Source: an uncultured Bacillota bacterium (GTDB taxonomy: Bacteria; Bacillota; Clostridia; Peptostreptococcales; Anaerovoracaceae). From it: a stretch of DNA of 64,000 nucleotides. The notes beneath the pieces are model-generated. The model was not told where the DNA came from, searched no databases, and worked only from the letters and a program-made list of their open reading frames with translations. Both the position numbers and the translations under genes were made by a program. The stretch covers positions 1,313 through 65,312 of the forward strand of contig CASFMJ010000110.1 of NCBI GenBank assembly GCA_949295785.1. Reading direction: 5' to 3'. The stretch's first letter is position 1. Each line of letters begins with the position of its first letter. This document shows positions 1 to 9,593 of this stretch, in pieces.

Positions 1-9
1 GGAAAGGGA

Positions 10-1374
10 ATGGATAGCCTTATCGGAAGTGTTTTCGATGAAGTAAGCTTCCTGGACATTCTCAGACCAATGGATTGTGTTGAAAAACTGGGAGGAGAAT
101 CCCTTTTTGACCTTTCTGTAAACTGTGCCGAGATACCGGGTGCAGAAACGGTAAATATTCTCGCTACAAAGCCCGGAGGCACTGTACTGTTTGCTAATTT
201 AATAAACAATCTCAACATCGCTCTTTACATAACTGAATCCATATCAAAAAATCTTGAAGTCCGCAGCGCGGAAGGATATCTGGAAGAATACGATAACTTT
301 GATATTGAAATGGTCAGAAAAATGGCCGGATTCTTTAAAGATGTGGAATTTATAGAGAAACCTTATACATGCCCAGACGATGATGAGTACATATATAATC
401 AGGCGCTTATGGAAAAAACCATGGCGGCGGATTTTGTTTTCCGCAGTAAGGCAATGCAGGCGGTTCTGGAAAATATAATCAAGATTTCCAGATATGACTG
501 CAATGTCATAATCTTCGGAGACACCGGAGTCGGAAAGGAAAAAGCGGCTAATCTGATACAGAAAAACAGCGACAGAAAGCTGCAGCCATTTGTTAAGATC
601 AACTGCGGAGCAATTTCGCCCAGCCTGATTGAATCTGAGTTTTTCGGGTACGAAAAAGGCGCGTTTACGGGAGCAAACGCCGGAGGCAAAAAAGGATATT
701 TTGAACTTGCCAATAACGGGGTCATTTTTCTTGATGAAATCGGTGAACTGCCGCTGGAGATGCAGGCAAAACTTCTCAGAGCCATACAGGATGGAGAATT
801 TTACAGAGTGGGAGGAACCTCCCCGGTAAAAACCAATGTGAGGATAATTTCTGCCACCAATAAAGATCTTGAGCAATACGTGGAGGAGGGCAGATTCAGA
901 CGGGATCTCTACTACCGATTAAATGTGGTACCGATAAGAATCCCGCCTCTCGCAGAAAGAACTGAAGATATCCCTGCCCTTATAAATCATTTCCTTTTGA
1001 AATATGGTGAAAAATTCGGACTGAAAAGAGGAATGGCCGAAAGTGCAGTTGAATATCTGCAGCAGCAGCACTGGCCGGGAAACATAAGGGAACTTGAGAA
1101 CACTGTACAGAGACTTCTGATTTCTGCTGAAGGAGAGGATATAACCCTTATGGACGTTATGCAGGAAGTTCATCCTGAACTTTTTGGAACAGGTATCCAG
1201 GAAAATCAGCAGGAAGAAATGTCCGAAATTGATCTTCATGATGCTGTGGAGGATTATGAGAAAAATCTGATAAAGTATGCTTGTGAAAAGTACGGTTCCA
1301 CAAGGAAAGCAGCTTCTGCCATAGGAATAAGCCAGACTCAGCTGGTTCGGAAAAAGAAAAAATACCATTTATAG
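10..1374 (+). CDS. Sigma-54-dependent enhancer-binding transcriptional activator (AAA+ plus Fis-type HTH)
   Basis: Walker A GDTGVGKE, ESEFFGYEKGAFTGA loop, FLDEIGE Walker B, WPGNIREL, C-terminal HTH; purine-rich RBS-like GGAAAGGGA before ATG; -24/-12 promoter directly downstream. Confidence 0.92.
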   Translation: MDSLIGSVFDEVSFLDILRPMDCVEKLGGESLFDLSVNCAEIPGAETVNILATKPGGTVLFANLINNLNIALYITESISKNLEVRSAEGYLEEYDNFDIEMVRKMAGFFKDVEFIEKPYTCPDDDEYIYNQALMEKTMAADFVFRSKAMQAVLENIIKISRYDCNVIIFGDTGVGKEKAANLIQKNSDRKLQPFVKINCGAISPSLIESEFFGYEKGAFTGANAGGKKGYFELANNGVIFLDEIGELPLEMQAKLLRAIQDGEFYRVGGTSPVKTNVRIISATNKDLEQYVEEGRFRRDLYYRLNVVPIRIPPLAERTEDIPALINHFLLKYGEKFGLKRGMAESAVEYLQQQHWPGNIRELENTVQRLLISAEGEDITLMDVMQEVHPELFGTGIQENQQEEMSEIDLHDAVEDYEKNLIKYACEKYGSTRKAASAIGISQTQLVRKKKKYHL

Positions 1375-1377
1375 TAA

Positions 1378-1415
1378 AAAAACAACGTGAACATAAAACG
1401 GTTCACGTTGTTTTT
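1378..1415 (+). terminator. Inverted repeat with T-tract after the activator gene (overlaps a candidate enhancer site)
   Basis: AACAACGTGAAC-N8-GTTCACGTTGTT followed by TTT. Confidence 0.55.
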
Positions 1416-1436
1416 GTATGAAACGAAAACGGTTCA
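1388..1436. promoter_or_regulatory. Tandem candidate upstream activator sites for the sigma-54 activator
   Basis: TGAACATAAAACGGTTCA (1388-1405) and TGAAACGAAAACGGTTCA (1419-1436), 31 bp apart, about 100-145 bp upstream of the -24 element. Confidence 0.6.
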
Positions 1437-1530
1437 AAAAATCCTGCGCGAGAAACGACAAAAAAAGACAACAACCGGTTAAACTGTGCAAAACACAGCT
1501 CGTCAAATGACGGTTGTTTTTAACAGAGTG

Positions 1531-1547
1531 TTGGCATAAATTTTGCT
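1531..1547 (+). promoter_or_regulatory. Sigma-54 (-24/-12) promoter of the first kdd
   Basis: TTGGCATAAATTTTGCT; GG at 1533-1534 and GC at 1545-1546 with canonical GG-N10-GC spacing. Confidence 0.85.
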
Positions 1548-1593
1548 TTATTTAGAAATGGCATAAAATTGAGATGAAAAAGGAGTAAGGTTT

Positions 1594-2631
1594 ATGGAAT
1601 TTAAAAAAGGAGACATTTACGGAACACATCGCGTGATTAAACCAAAGGGAGTGCTTCCTCAGCCGGCAGATGTCGTAGACAATAATATGGAGATATATGA
1701 CAATGAAGTGCTGATTGATGTACATACTTTAAATATAGATTCTGCGTCATTCACAGAAATTGAAAAACGTGCAGGTGGAGACACAGCGGAAATAGAAAAG
1801 ATAATTCTCAATATAGTCGAAACTACAGGTAAGCATAAAAACCCATGGACGGGTTCCGGTGGAATGCTTATCGGCAAAGTTGCCCAGGTTGGCCCTAATT
1901 ACGAAGGTGATCTTAAAAAGGGAGACAAGATTGCGACTCTGGTGTCTCTTTCTCTGACGCCGCTGAGAATTGATGAGATAATCGAAATAAGACCTGATAT
2001 AGACCAGGTTGACATAAAAGGGCAGGCCATACTTTTCCAGAGCGGTATATATGCAAAACTTCCAAAAGATATACCTCAGACTCTGGCACTTTCGGTGCTT
2101 GATGTGGCCGGAGCTCCTGCTCAGACAGCTAAAATATGCAAACCCGGAGATACAGTTGTTGTTCTGGGCGGTGGCGGCAAATCAGGCATACTGTGCTGCT
2201 GGCAGGCAAAGAAGCAGGTCGGTGTCAACGGGACAGTCATTTGTGTAGATGGATTTAAAAAATCCATAAACAGAGCAATGTCGGTGGGAGTGGCAGATGA
2301 ATACAGCGTGGTCAACGCCACAGATGCCATGGCCATGTATGAAGAAATATATGATCTTACAGACGGCAATATGGCCGATGTGGTTATCAATGTGGTAAAT
2401 ATACCGAATACAGAGATGGCTTCTATAATGGCGGCTAAAGATAACGGTCTTGTGTATTTCTTTTCCATGGCCACCAGCTTTACAAAAGCCGCTCTTGGAG
2501 CAGAGGGAGTCGGAAAAGATGTTCAGATGCTCATAGGAAACGGATACACTAAAGGACATGCAAATGTAGCGCTGCAGATATTGAGAGAAGATGAAAGAAT
2601 CAGAAATCTGTTCGCTCAGATGTATGCATAA
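1594..2631 (+). CDS. kdd: L-erythro-3,5-diaminohexanoate dehydrogenase, paralogue 1
   Basis: Kdd signatures YGTHRVI.PKGVLPQPA, HKNPWTGSGGMLIG, IATLVSLSLTPL, FFSMATSFTKAALGAEGVG; SD AAGGAG; upstream of the kam genes. Confidence 0.85.
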   Translation: MEFKKGDIYGTHRVIKPKGVLPQPADVVDNNMEIYDNEVLIDVHTLNIDSASFTEIEKRAGGDTAEIEKIILNIVETTGKHKNPWTGSGGMLIGKVAQVGPNYEGDLKKGDKIATLVSLSLTPLRIDEIIEIRPDIDQVDIKGQAILFQSGIYAKLPKDIPQTLALSVLDVAGAPAQTAKICKPGDTVVVLGGGGKSGILCCWQAKKQVGVNGTVICVDGFKKSINRAMSVGVADEYSVVNATDAMAMYEEIYDLTDGNMADVVINVVNIPNTEMASIMAAKDNGLVYFFSMATSFTKAALGAEGVGKDVQMLIGNGYTKGHANVALQILREDERIRNLFAQMYA

Positions 2632-2667
2632 AACATCATGTATTCATAAACAATTTAAGATTTGCTA

Positions 2668-2696
2668 TAGAAAAAAATAAATTTCTGATATATAAT
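2668..2696 (+). promoter_or_regulatory. Candidate sigma-A promoter for kdd2-kam operon
   Basis: TAGAAA-N17-TATAAT. Confidence 0.45.
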
Positions 2697-2771
2697 TAAC
2701 ACGGCAACTTATGCTCGAAATTATTTCGAGCGTAAAATTATAAAAACATTTTTTTGAGGAGGAAAAATAAA

Positions 2772-3839
2772 ATGAAAAAAGGATGCCCTTACGGTACACA
2801 CAGAGTAATTTCCCCGAAAGGAGTATTACCACAGCCGGCTGATGTTATCGACAACACTATGGAGATCTATGACAACGAAGTTCTGATCGATGTTAAGACT
2901 CTCAATGTTGACTCTGCTTCTTTTACTGAAATCGTAAGAAGATCATGCGACGGCAAGAAGCCCGCAGATATCGAAAACTCTCCTGAAGATCAGGAAAAAG
3001 TAAAGAAGACAATGATGGAAATTGTTGCTAACGCTGGTAAGCATAAGAACCCATGGACAGGTTCCGGCGGAATGCTCATCGGTACTGTTAAGGAAATAGG
3101 ACCTGCGTATGTAGGAGACTTAAAGGTAGGCGACAAGATCGCTACACTGGTATCCCTTTCTCTGACTCCGCTGGTTATTGATGAGATCCTGGAAATGAGA
3201 CCTGCTATTGACCAGGTTGATATCAAGGGTCAGGCAATACTGTTCCAGAGCGGAATCTATGCTGTTCTTCCTGACGATATGCCTGAAGGACTTGCACTTT
3301 CAGCACTGGACGTAGCAGGAGCTCCAGCTCAGGCTGCCAAACTGGTTCAGTCCGGAATGAAAGTTCTTATCATAGGCGGAGGCGGAAAGTCCGGTCTTCT
3401 CTGCTTATATGAAGCTAAGAAGAGAGCAGGCGTTACCGGTCTGGTAGTATGTGCCGCAGGTTCACAGAAATCAGAAGACAGAGCAAGAAAGCTGGATCTG
3501 GCTGATGAATACTTCCATATGGATGCTACAGATGCAGTTGGAATGTACAACAAGGCTATGGAACTGACCAATGGCGAATTATTCGACCTGGTAATCAACT
3601 GTGTAAACATAGAAAACACAGAGATGGCTTCCATCCTGGCCTGCAAGGACGAAGGAACTGTATACTTCTTCTCAATGGCTACAAGCTTCACTAAGGCTGC
3701 TCTGGGCGCAGAAGGCGTTGGCAAGGACGTAAACATGATCATCGGAAATGGTTACACTAAGGGTCATGCTGCTATCACTCTTCAGGTTCTCAGAGAGCAT
3801 GAAGGACTCAGAAACCTGTTCCAGGAAATGTATGCTTAA
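2772..3839 (+). CDS. kdd: L-erythro-3,5-diaminohexanoate dehydrogenase, paralogue 2
   Basis: Same Kdd motifs; start moved to ATG 2772 after SD GAGGAGG; directly precedes kamA. Confidence 0.9.
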   Translation: MKKGCPYGTHRVISPKGVLPQPADVIDNTMEIYDNEVLIDVKTLNVDSASFTEIVRRSCDGKKPADIENSPEDQEKVKKTMMEIVANAGKHKNPWTGSGGMLIGTVKEIGPAYVGDLKVGDKIATLVSLSLTPLVIDEILEMRPAIDQVDIKGQAILFQSGIYAVLPDDMPEGLALSALDVAGAPAQAAKLVQSGMKVLIIGGGGKSGLLCLYEAKKRAGVTGLVVCAAGSQKSEDRARKLDLADEYFHMDATDAVGMYNKAMELTNGELFDLVINCVNIENTEMASILACKDEGTVYFFSMATSFTKAALGAEGVGKDVNMIIGNGYTKGHAAITLQVLREHEGLRNLFQEMYA

Positions 3840-3998
3840 TTAAGTCCTGTATACAGAAAAATTCAGGTTAAAGTATGGAAAAGCCTGAATAATTCTGGTT
3901 TCAGAGATTATAATTCAGCGCTAAAACAAGATGCATCGTAAAACGATGAGAGAATGAAGTAAAAACAAATCTCAAAATTAAAATTTAAGGAGATCAAA

Positions 3999-5258
3999 AT
4001 GGCAATTAGAAATTGGAAAGACATCCCTCTGTTTAAGGATGTTACCGACGAACAGTGGAACGACTGGCATTGGCAGGTTGAAAACAGACTGTCAACAGTT
4101 GAGGAAATTGCACAGGTAGTGAACCTGACTGAGCAGGAAAGAGCTGATATCGAAAAGGTTATGGGCGGCTTCAGAGTGGGAATCACTCCTTACTATGCTT
4201 CCCTGATGGATCCTGATGATCCGAGAGATCCGGTAAGAATGCAGGCAGTACCTACACTGGCAGAGATGCACAGATCCGAAGCAGACGACCTTGATCCGCT
4301 TCATGAAGATGCTGACTCTCCGGCTCCGGGACTTACTCACAGATATCCTGACAGAGTACTGTTCCTGATCACTGACCAGTGCTCAATGTACTGCAGACAC
4401 TGCACCAGAAGAAGACTGGCAGGAGAAACTGACGGTTCAAGATCAAGAGAGGATATCGATGCATGTATAGATTACATAAGAAGAACACCTCAGGTAAGAG
4501 ACGTTCTTCTGTCAGGCGGAGACTGCCTCTGTGTTGAGGATGACACTCTTGAATACATCATCAGCGAACTGAGAAAGATTCCTCATGTTGAGATCGTAAG
4601 ACTTGGCTCAAGAACTCCTGTGGTAATGCCTATGAGAATCACAGACAAGCTGGTAAACATGCTGAAGAAGTATCACCCGATCTGGCTGAACACTCACTTC
4701 AACCATCCTAAGGAAATGACTCCTGATTCAATGGAAGCATGCAGAAAGCTGGCTGACGCAGGTATTCCTCTCGGAAACCAGTCAGTACTCTTGAGAGGTG
4801 TAAACGACTGTAAGCACATCATGAGAGAACTGGTACAGATTCTGGTTAAGAACAGAGTAAGACCTTACTACATCTACATCTGCGACCTGTCAATGGGTAT
4901 TGAACACTTCAGAACACCTGTTTCAAAGGGTATCGAGATTATTGAAGGTCTGAGAGGACACACTTCAGGATATGCTGTTCCGACTTTCGTAGTAGATGCT
5001 CCCGGCGGCGGCGGAAAGACTCCGGTAATGCCTCAGTATGTGATTTCTCAGACTCCTCACAAGGTTATCCTGAGAAACTACGAGGGTATCATTACTACCT
5101 ATACGGAACCTCAGCTTCCTGATCTTCCTTGCACATGCGATTACTGCACAGGCAAGAAAACTTACAAATATCAGGGTGTTTCGGCTCTGGGAGAAGGTCC
5201 TGAAATCAAGACCATCGAGCCTGCACATCTGGCAAGACACGAAAGAAACCAGCACTAA
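3999..5258 (+). CDS. kamA: L-lysine 2,3-aminomutase (radical SAM/PLP)
   Basis: GLTHRYPDRVL, CSMYCRHC radical-SAM motif, DAPGGGGK PLP lysine, C-terminal CxCxxC zinc site; kam cluster context. Confidence 0.96.
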   Translation: MAIRNWKDIPLFKDVTDEQWNDWHWQVENRLSTVEEIAQVVNLTEQERADIEKVMGGFRVGITPYYASLMDPDDPRDPVRMQAVPTLAEMHRSEADDLDPLHEDADSPAPGLTHRYPDRVLFLITDQCSMYCRHCTRRRLAGETDGSRSREDIDACIDYIRRTPQVRDVLLSGGDCLCVEDDTLEYIISELRKIPHVEIVRLGSRTPVVMPMRITDKLVNMLKKYHPIWLNTHFNHPKEMTPDSMEACRKLADAGIPLGNQSVLLRGVNDCKHIMRELVQILVKNRVRPYYIYICDLSMGIEHFRTPVSKGIEIIEGLRGHTSGYAVPTFVVDAPGGGGKTPVMPQYVISQTPHKVILRNYEGIITTYTEPQLPDLPCTCDYCTGKKTYKYQGVSALGEGPEIKTIEPAHLARHERNQH

Positions 5259-5343
5259 TGCAGTTTTTTCGGTCTGTAAAATAAACAAATCTCTGCGGGG
5301 AGACCTTGTGTCTCCCCACAGATGTGAAAGAGGATACATAATT

Positions 5344-6360
5344 ATGGGGCTTCTTTATGACCTTTCAAAAAAATACAGGACTATTTCCATAGTAGGAATG
5401 GCAAAAAATGCAGGAAAAACTACTGCACTGAATTACCTTATAGAAGAGGCCGACGATGAGGGGCTCACGCTGGGAATAACCTCCACCGGAAGAGACGGAG
5501 AAACACAGGATCTTGTAACGGGGACGGAAAAACCCAGGGTTTATCTTTACGAAGATACAATAGTATCGGTGCCGACCCAGCTTTATGATCTTGCAGAGGC
5601 CGGTCTTGAAATAGTAAGAAAATCAAATTACAGAACATCCATAGGTGACCTGCTTTTGTGCAGAGTGGCCGAAGCAGGATATGTTCAGATAGCCGGGCCT
5701 GTGGCTACGGCTCATACTAAGATGATGTGTGATGAAATGTTTGATATGGGATGTGAGCTCATATTAATAGACGGCGCAATAGACAGAAAGTCCATAGCTT
5801 CACCCGACACATCGGATGCAATAATACTTTCTACAGGGGCTGTGCTCTCCAGAAATCTTAAAAAAGTTGTGGAGGATACTGCTCATATAGTCAGTCTTTA
5901 TACTTTACCTCAGCTTGAGGAATGCGAAGCCAGAAGTCTTATAGAAGACAATATGGGAGAAGACAAGATAATGCTGATAAAAAAAGGCCGGGTTGAAATT
6001 CTTGATCTTGCCACGGGACTGGGATCAAGCAGGTTCATAGATGAGGCTATAGATCAGGATACTGATTATGTTTATATACCCGGAGCCTTTACTAACAGTG
6101 TTGTAGCTGATATCCATCCATCAAAACTCAAAAGAGTAAAGTTTGTTCTTAAAGATCCTACAAAGATTTTTATGAACCCTATGGATTGGGGGCAGCTTAA
6201 AAAGAAAAAATTTCAGGTAAGCGTTATGAAAAATATAAAGGTGGCAGCAATTACAGTCAACCCGGTGGCTCCAAGCGGCTACAGCTTTGACCATCAGGTT
6301 TTGCGTGACGCTATGCAGGCCGCCCTTCCGGATATACCGGTAGTAGATGTGAGAATGTAA
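5344..6360 (+). CDS. kamB: Lysine 5,6-aminomutase reactivase subunit, KamB-like P-loop protein
   Basis: SIVGMAKNAGKTT P-loop, TSTGRDGE, IDGAIDR; position between kamA and kamC; start reassigned to ATG 5344 after GAAAGAGGA. Confidence 0.8.
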   Translation: MGLLYDLSKKYRTISIVGMAKNAGKTTALNYLIEEADDEGLTLGITSTGRDGETQDLVTGTEKPRVYLYEDTIVSVPTQLYDLAEAGLEIVRKSNYRTSIGDLLLCRVAEAGYVQIAGPVATAHTKMMCDEMFDMGCELILIDGAIDRKSIASPDTSDAIILSTGAVLSRNLKKVVEDTAHIVSLYTLPQLEECEARSLIEDNMGEDKIMLIKKGRVEILDLATGLGSSRFIDEAIDQDTDYVYIPGAFTNSVVADIHPSKLKRVKFVLKDPTKIFMNPMDWGQLKKKKFQVSVMKNIKVAAITVNPVAPSGYSFDHQVLRDAMQAALPDIPVVDVRM

Positions 6361-6380
6361 ACAAGCAGAAGGAGGAATAT

Positions 6381-8024
6381 ATGAAGCACGGCTCAAACAG
6401 GAGACTTGCCAATGTAAAGACGAGATCGGAGACAGGGCTGGACTATGTTATGTCTCAGATAGATCTGAACACTCCTTTCGGCAAAAATATATTAAAAGAA
6501 ACCAGACCTTTCTTCCCGGGGGAAGAAGAAAAACTGAGGAAGGAACTGGATAAAGTTTCTGATATGATTGAATTTGCAAAGGAAAATAAACGTTCAGTCG
6601 AGATACTTTCAGAAGCTTTTATGGAAATCAAGGATAATACGTATACCATAGACAGAAGTTCAAAGAATGCGTTGTCTGTAGTCGAATTATACGAAATAAA
6701 GACATTGCTTCTGATGATGAGAAAGATCGAGCAGATATGTTCCAAGACCAGTCCTGCTGTTCCTGATGAATTCGTTCTGGAACCTACAGAGGAACTTCTG
6801 GATGTTATGGATCCCAATAAGGACAGGCTTAATACATTTTACATATACAGTGAATTCTCAGAAAAGCTGAAAGAACTTCGCGAGGAAAAACACAAGATAG
6901 AAGTTTCCATAAGGAAAACACAGAAAGCGCAAAAAGAGGAAATAAGAAAACAGTATGGAATCATACTGACTCCCAAGTTTGACTGTTCGGTTTCCAAGAG
7001 CAGCGGAGATGTGGAAAAATATAAGGCTGTTCCCCAGCTGGAACAGGTAGATGAAGATTATATGACAGTAACCTTCAGACTTAAACCGGATCAGGATGTT
7101 TATGAACTTGTCAGAAAGTCCGAGGATCTTACTACAGACATTGAGGAAGAAGAGGCTGTGGTAAGGAAGTCGCTTTCGGAGAAAATCGCAGAATATGCCG
7201 ATGTGCTGAAAGCAAATTGTAACAGAATAGGTCACCTTGATCTGGCTCTTGGCAAAGCTCTTTATGCGATAAAACATGAATGTGTAAAGCCGGAAATTAG
7301 TGACAGTCACATACTTGAGATAGAAGACGGCAGACATCTTAAGGTAGAGGATATTTTAAAATCTAAGGGTAAAAAGTACTGCCCGGTCAGCATCTCTCTT
7401 AAGGATGGTGTGACATGCATAACAGGTGCCAATATGGGGGGCAAGACGATTTCGCTTAAGCTTACAGGTCTTGTGGCCATACTTGCACAATATGGATTTT
7501 TTGTTCCTTGCAGATCCGCCAGAGTGGGACTTTCCAATTATATGCAGATACTGATAGGTGACAGCCAGTCTGTGGAAAGAGGTCTTTCCAGTTTCGGAAG
7601 TGAAATGGAAGAACTCAAAGAAATTCTGGATCACAGCGAAGACAGGTCACTGATACTGATAGATGAGATAGCCAGCGGTACAAATCCGGTAGAGGGCCTT
7701 GCTCTTACCAGGAGCCTTGTGGACTATCTAAAGGAAAAACCGTATATTACTCTCATTACTACTCATTTTGAGGCTGTTACAGAAGAAAACGGAATAAAGA
7801 ACATGCAGGTCAGAGGGCTGGCCGATGTGGATTTCCGTCAGCTGGACAGTGAACTCAGATATGCAAAACGTAAAGAGAGAATAAATATAATTTCAAAGTA
7901 TATGGACTACAGGCTGTATACAGTCGAAAAACAGGGCCAGATACCTAAAGATGCTCTTAACATCGCAAAGATGCTGGGCATCAGTCAAGAAATCATTGAC
8001 GGAGCAAAAAAATATATTAAGTAA
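6381..8024 (+). CDS. kamC: Lysine 5,6-aminomutase reactivase ATPase, KamC (MutS domain V-like)
   Basis: ITGANMGGKT Walker A, GLSSFGSEM, LIDEIASGTNP, ITTHF; no mismatch-binding domain; upstream of kamDE. Confidence 0.82.
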   Translation: MKHGSNRRLANVKTRSETGLDYVMSQIDLNTPFGKNILKETRPFFPGEEEKLRKELDKVSDMIEFAKENKRSVEILSEAFMEIKDNTYTIDRSSKNALSVVELYEIKTLLLMMRKIEQICSKTSPAVPDEFVLEPTEELLDVMDPNKDRLNTFYIYSEFSEKLKELREEKHKIEVSIRKTQKAQKEEIRKQYGIILTPKFDCSVSKSSGDVEKYKAVPQLEQVDEDYMTVTFRLKPDQDVYELVRKSEDLTTDIEEEEAVVRKSLSEKIAEYADVLKANCNRIGHLDLALGKALYAIKHECVKPEISDSHILEIEDGRHLKVEDILKSKGKKYCPVSISLKDGVTCITGANMGGKTISLKLTGLVAILAQYGFFVPCRSARVGLSNYMQILIGDSQSVERGLSSFGSEMEELKEILDHSEDRSLILIDEIASGTNPVEGLALTRSLVDYLKEKPYITLITTHFEAVTEENGIKNMQVRGLADVDFRQLDSELRYAKRKERINIISKYMDYRLYTVEKQGQIPKDALNIAKMLGISQEIIDGAKKYIK

Positions 8025-8036
8025 GGAGAGAAAAGG

Positions 8037-9593
8037 ATGAAAAGCAAATTAAACCTTGACCCGAAAGTAGTGGACAGTGCTCGTTCTCATGCTGCCAATA
8101 TCGCTCGCGATATGCAGGAATTCATCGACAGACATACTACTGTCAGCACAGAGAGAACAGTTCTGAGACTTTTAGGTGTTGACGGTGTTGACGATGTCGA
8201 CACTCCGCTTCCAAACGTAGTAGTTGATCAGATCAAGGAGGCAGGCGGACTTTCACGCGGCGCTGCTTACTGGATGGGAAATGCAATGATCCAGACAGGA
8301 AAAACTCCTCAGGAAATTGCCGAGGATGTTGCTGCCGGAAAACTGGAACTTACTAAGCTTCCTACAGCATCTGCTGAAGAGGCAAAAGAAGCAGTAATGC
8401 CTAAGGTACACGAATCACTTAAGAAAATCAAAGCTCAGACAGCCAAGAGACAGGAACTTCTTGACAGGCTGGGAGAAGGCGCACAGCCATATCTTTATGT
8501 TATAGTTGCAACAGGTAACATCTACGAAGATGTTATTCAGGCCCAGGCGGCTGCAAGACAGGGAGCTGATATAATTGCTGTTATCAGAACTACTGCTCAG
8601 TCACTTCTTGACTACGTTCCTTACGGACCGACTACTGAAGGCTTCGGCGGAACATATGCCACACAGGAAAACTTCAGGATCATGAGAAAGGCTCTTGACG
8701 AAGTTGGTGAAGAAGTAGGCAGATACATAAGACTGTGTAACTATTCATCCGGAATGTGCATGCCTGAGATTGCTGCCATGGGTGCTATGGAAAGACTGGA
8801 TGTTATGCTTAACGATGCTATCTATGGCATACTGTTCAGAGACATCAACATGCAGAGAACTCTGGTTGACCAGTACATGAGCCGTGTAATAATAGGATAC
8901 TGCGGTATCATATTCAACTCAGGAGAAGATAACTATCTTACTACTGATGATGCCTATGAGGCTGCTCATACTGTTACTGCTTCGCAGTTCATCAATGAAC
9001 AGTTTGCGGTACTTGCAAACATTCAGGAATGGCAGATGGGTCTGGGACACGCATTCGAAATGGATCCGGGTATGACCAACGGCTTCCTGTATGAACTGGC
9101 TCAGGCAGTTATGGCAAGAGAAATCTTCCCTAACGCAAGCCTTAAATACATGCCTCCTACAAAATTCATGACAGGAAATATCTTCAAGGGAAATATTCAG
9201 GATGCGCTGTTCAATCTGGTAGCTATCTGGTCCGGACAGTCACTGCAGCTTCTGGGAATGCTGACTGAAGCTATCCACACTCCTCATATGCATGACAGAT
9301 ATCTTTCTATCGAAAATGCAAAATATATATTCAACAACTGTAAGGATCTGGGTTCAGAAGTAGAATTCAAGCAGGACGGTATTATCCAGAAGAGAGCACA
9401 GTACGTTCTTGCAAAAGCTGATGAGCTCCTTGCTGAGGTAGAAAAAGAAGGTCTTTTCTCAACTATTGAGAAAGGTATATTCGGCGGCGTTAAGAGACCT
9501 AAAGACGGCGGACATGGTCTTGACGGCGTTTGCGTAAAAGACGATATGTATTTCAATCCGTTTATTCCACTTATGCTTGGAGGTGAAGAATAA
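8037..9593 (+). CDS. kamD: Lysine 5,6-aminomutase alpha subunit
   Basis: YVIVATGNIYED, GADIIAVIRTTAQSLLDYVPYG, GEDNYLTT, KYMPPTKFMTGNIF. Confidence 0.95.
   Translation: MKSKLNLDPKVVDSARSHAANIARDMQEFIDRHTTVSTERTVLRLLGVDGVDDVDTPLPNVVVDQIKEAGGLSRGAAYWMGNAMIQTGKTPQEIAEDVAAGKLELTKLPTASAEEAKEAVMPKVHESLKKIKAQTAKRQELLDRLGEGAQPYLYVIVATGNIYEDVIQAQAAARQGADIIAVIRTTAQSLLDYVPYGPTTEGFGGTYATQENFRIMRKALDEVGEEVGRYIRLCNYSSGMCMPEIAAMGAMERLDVMLNDAIYGILFRDINMQRTLVDQYMSRVIIGYCGIIFNSGEDNYLTTDDAYEAAHTVTASQFINEQFAVLANIQEWQMGLGHAFEMDPGMTNGFLYELAQAVMAREIFPNASLKYMPPTKFMTGNIFKGNIQDALFNLVAIWSGQSLQLLGMLTEAIHTPHMHDRYLSIENAKYIFNNCKDLGSEVEFKQDGIIQKRAQYVLAKADELLAEVEKEGLFSTIEKGIFGGVKRPKDGGHGLDGVCVKDDMYFNPFIPLMLGGEE

Noticed and set aside
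3999..5258. KamA as EpmB (EF-P modification) or AblA (osmolyte synthesis)
   Set aside because: It lies among kdd and kamBCDE, with no epmA, efp or ablB adjacent
6381..8024. MutS or MutS2 DNA repair gene
   Set aside because: Only the ATPase-like region is present, with no mismatch-binding or Smr domain; position matches kamC
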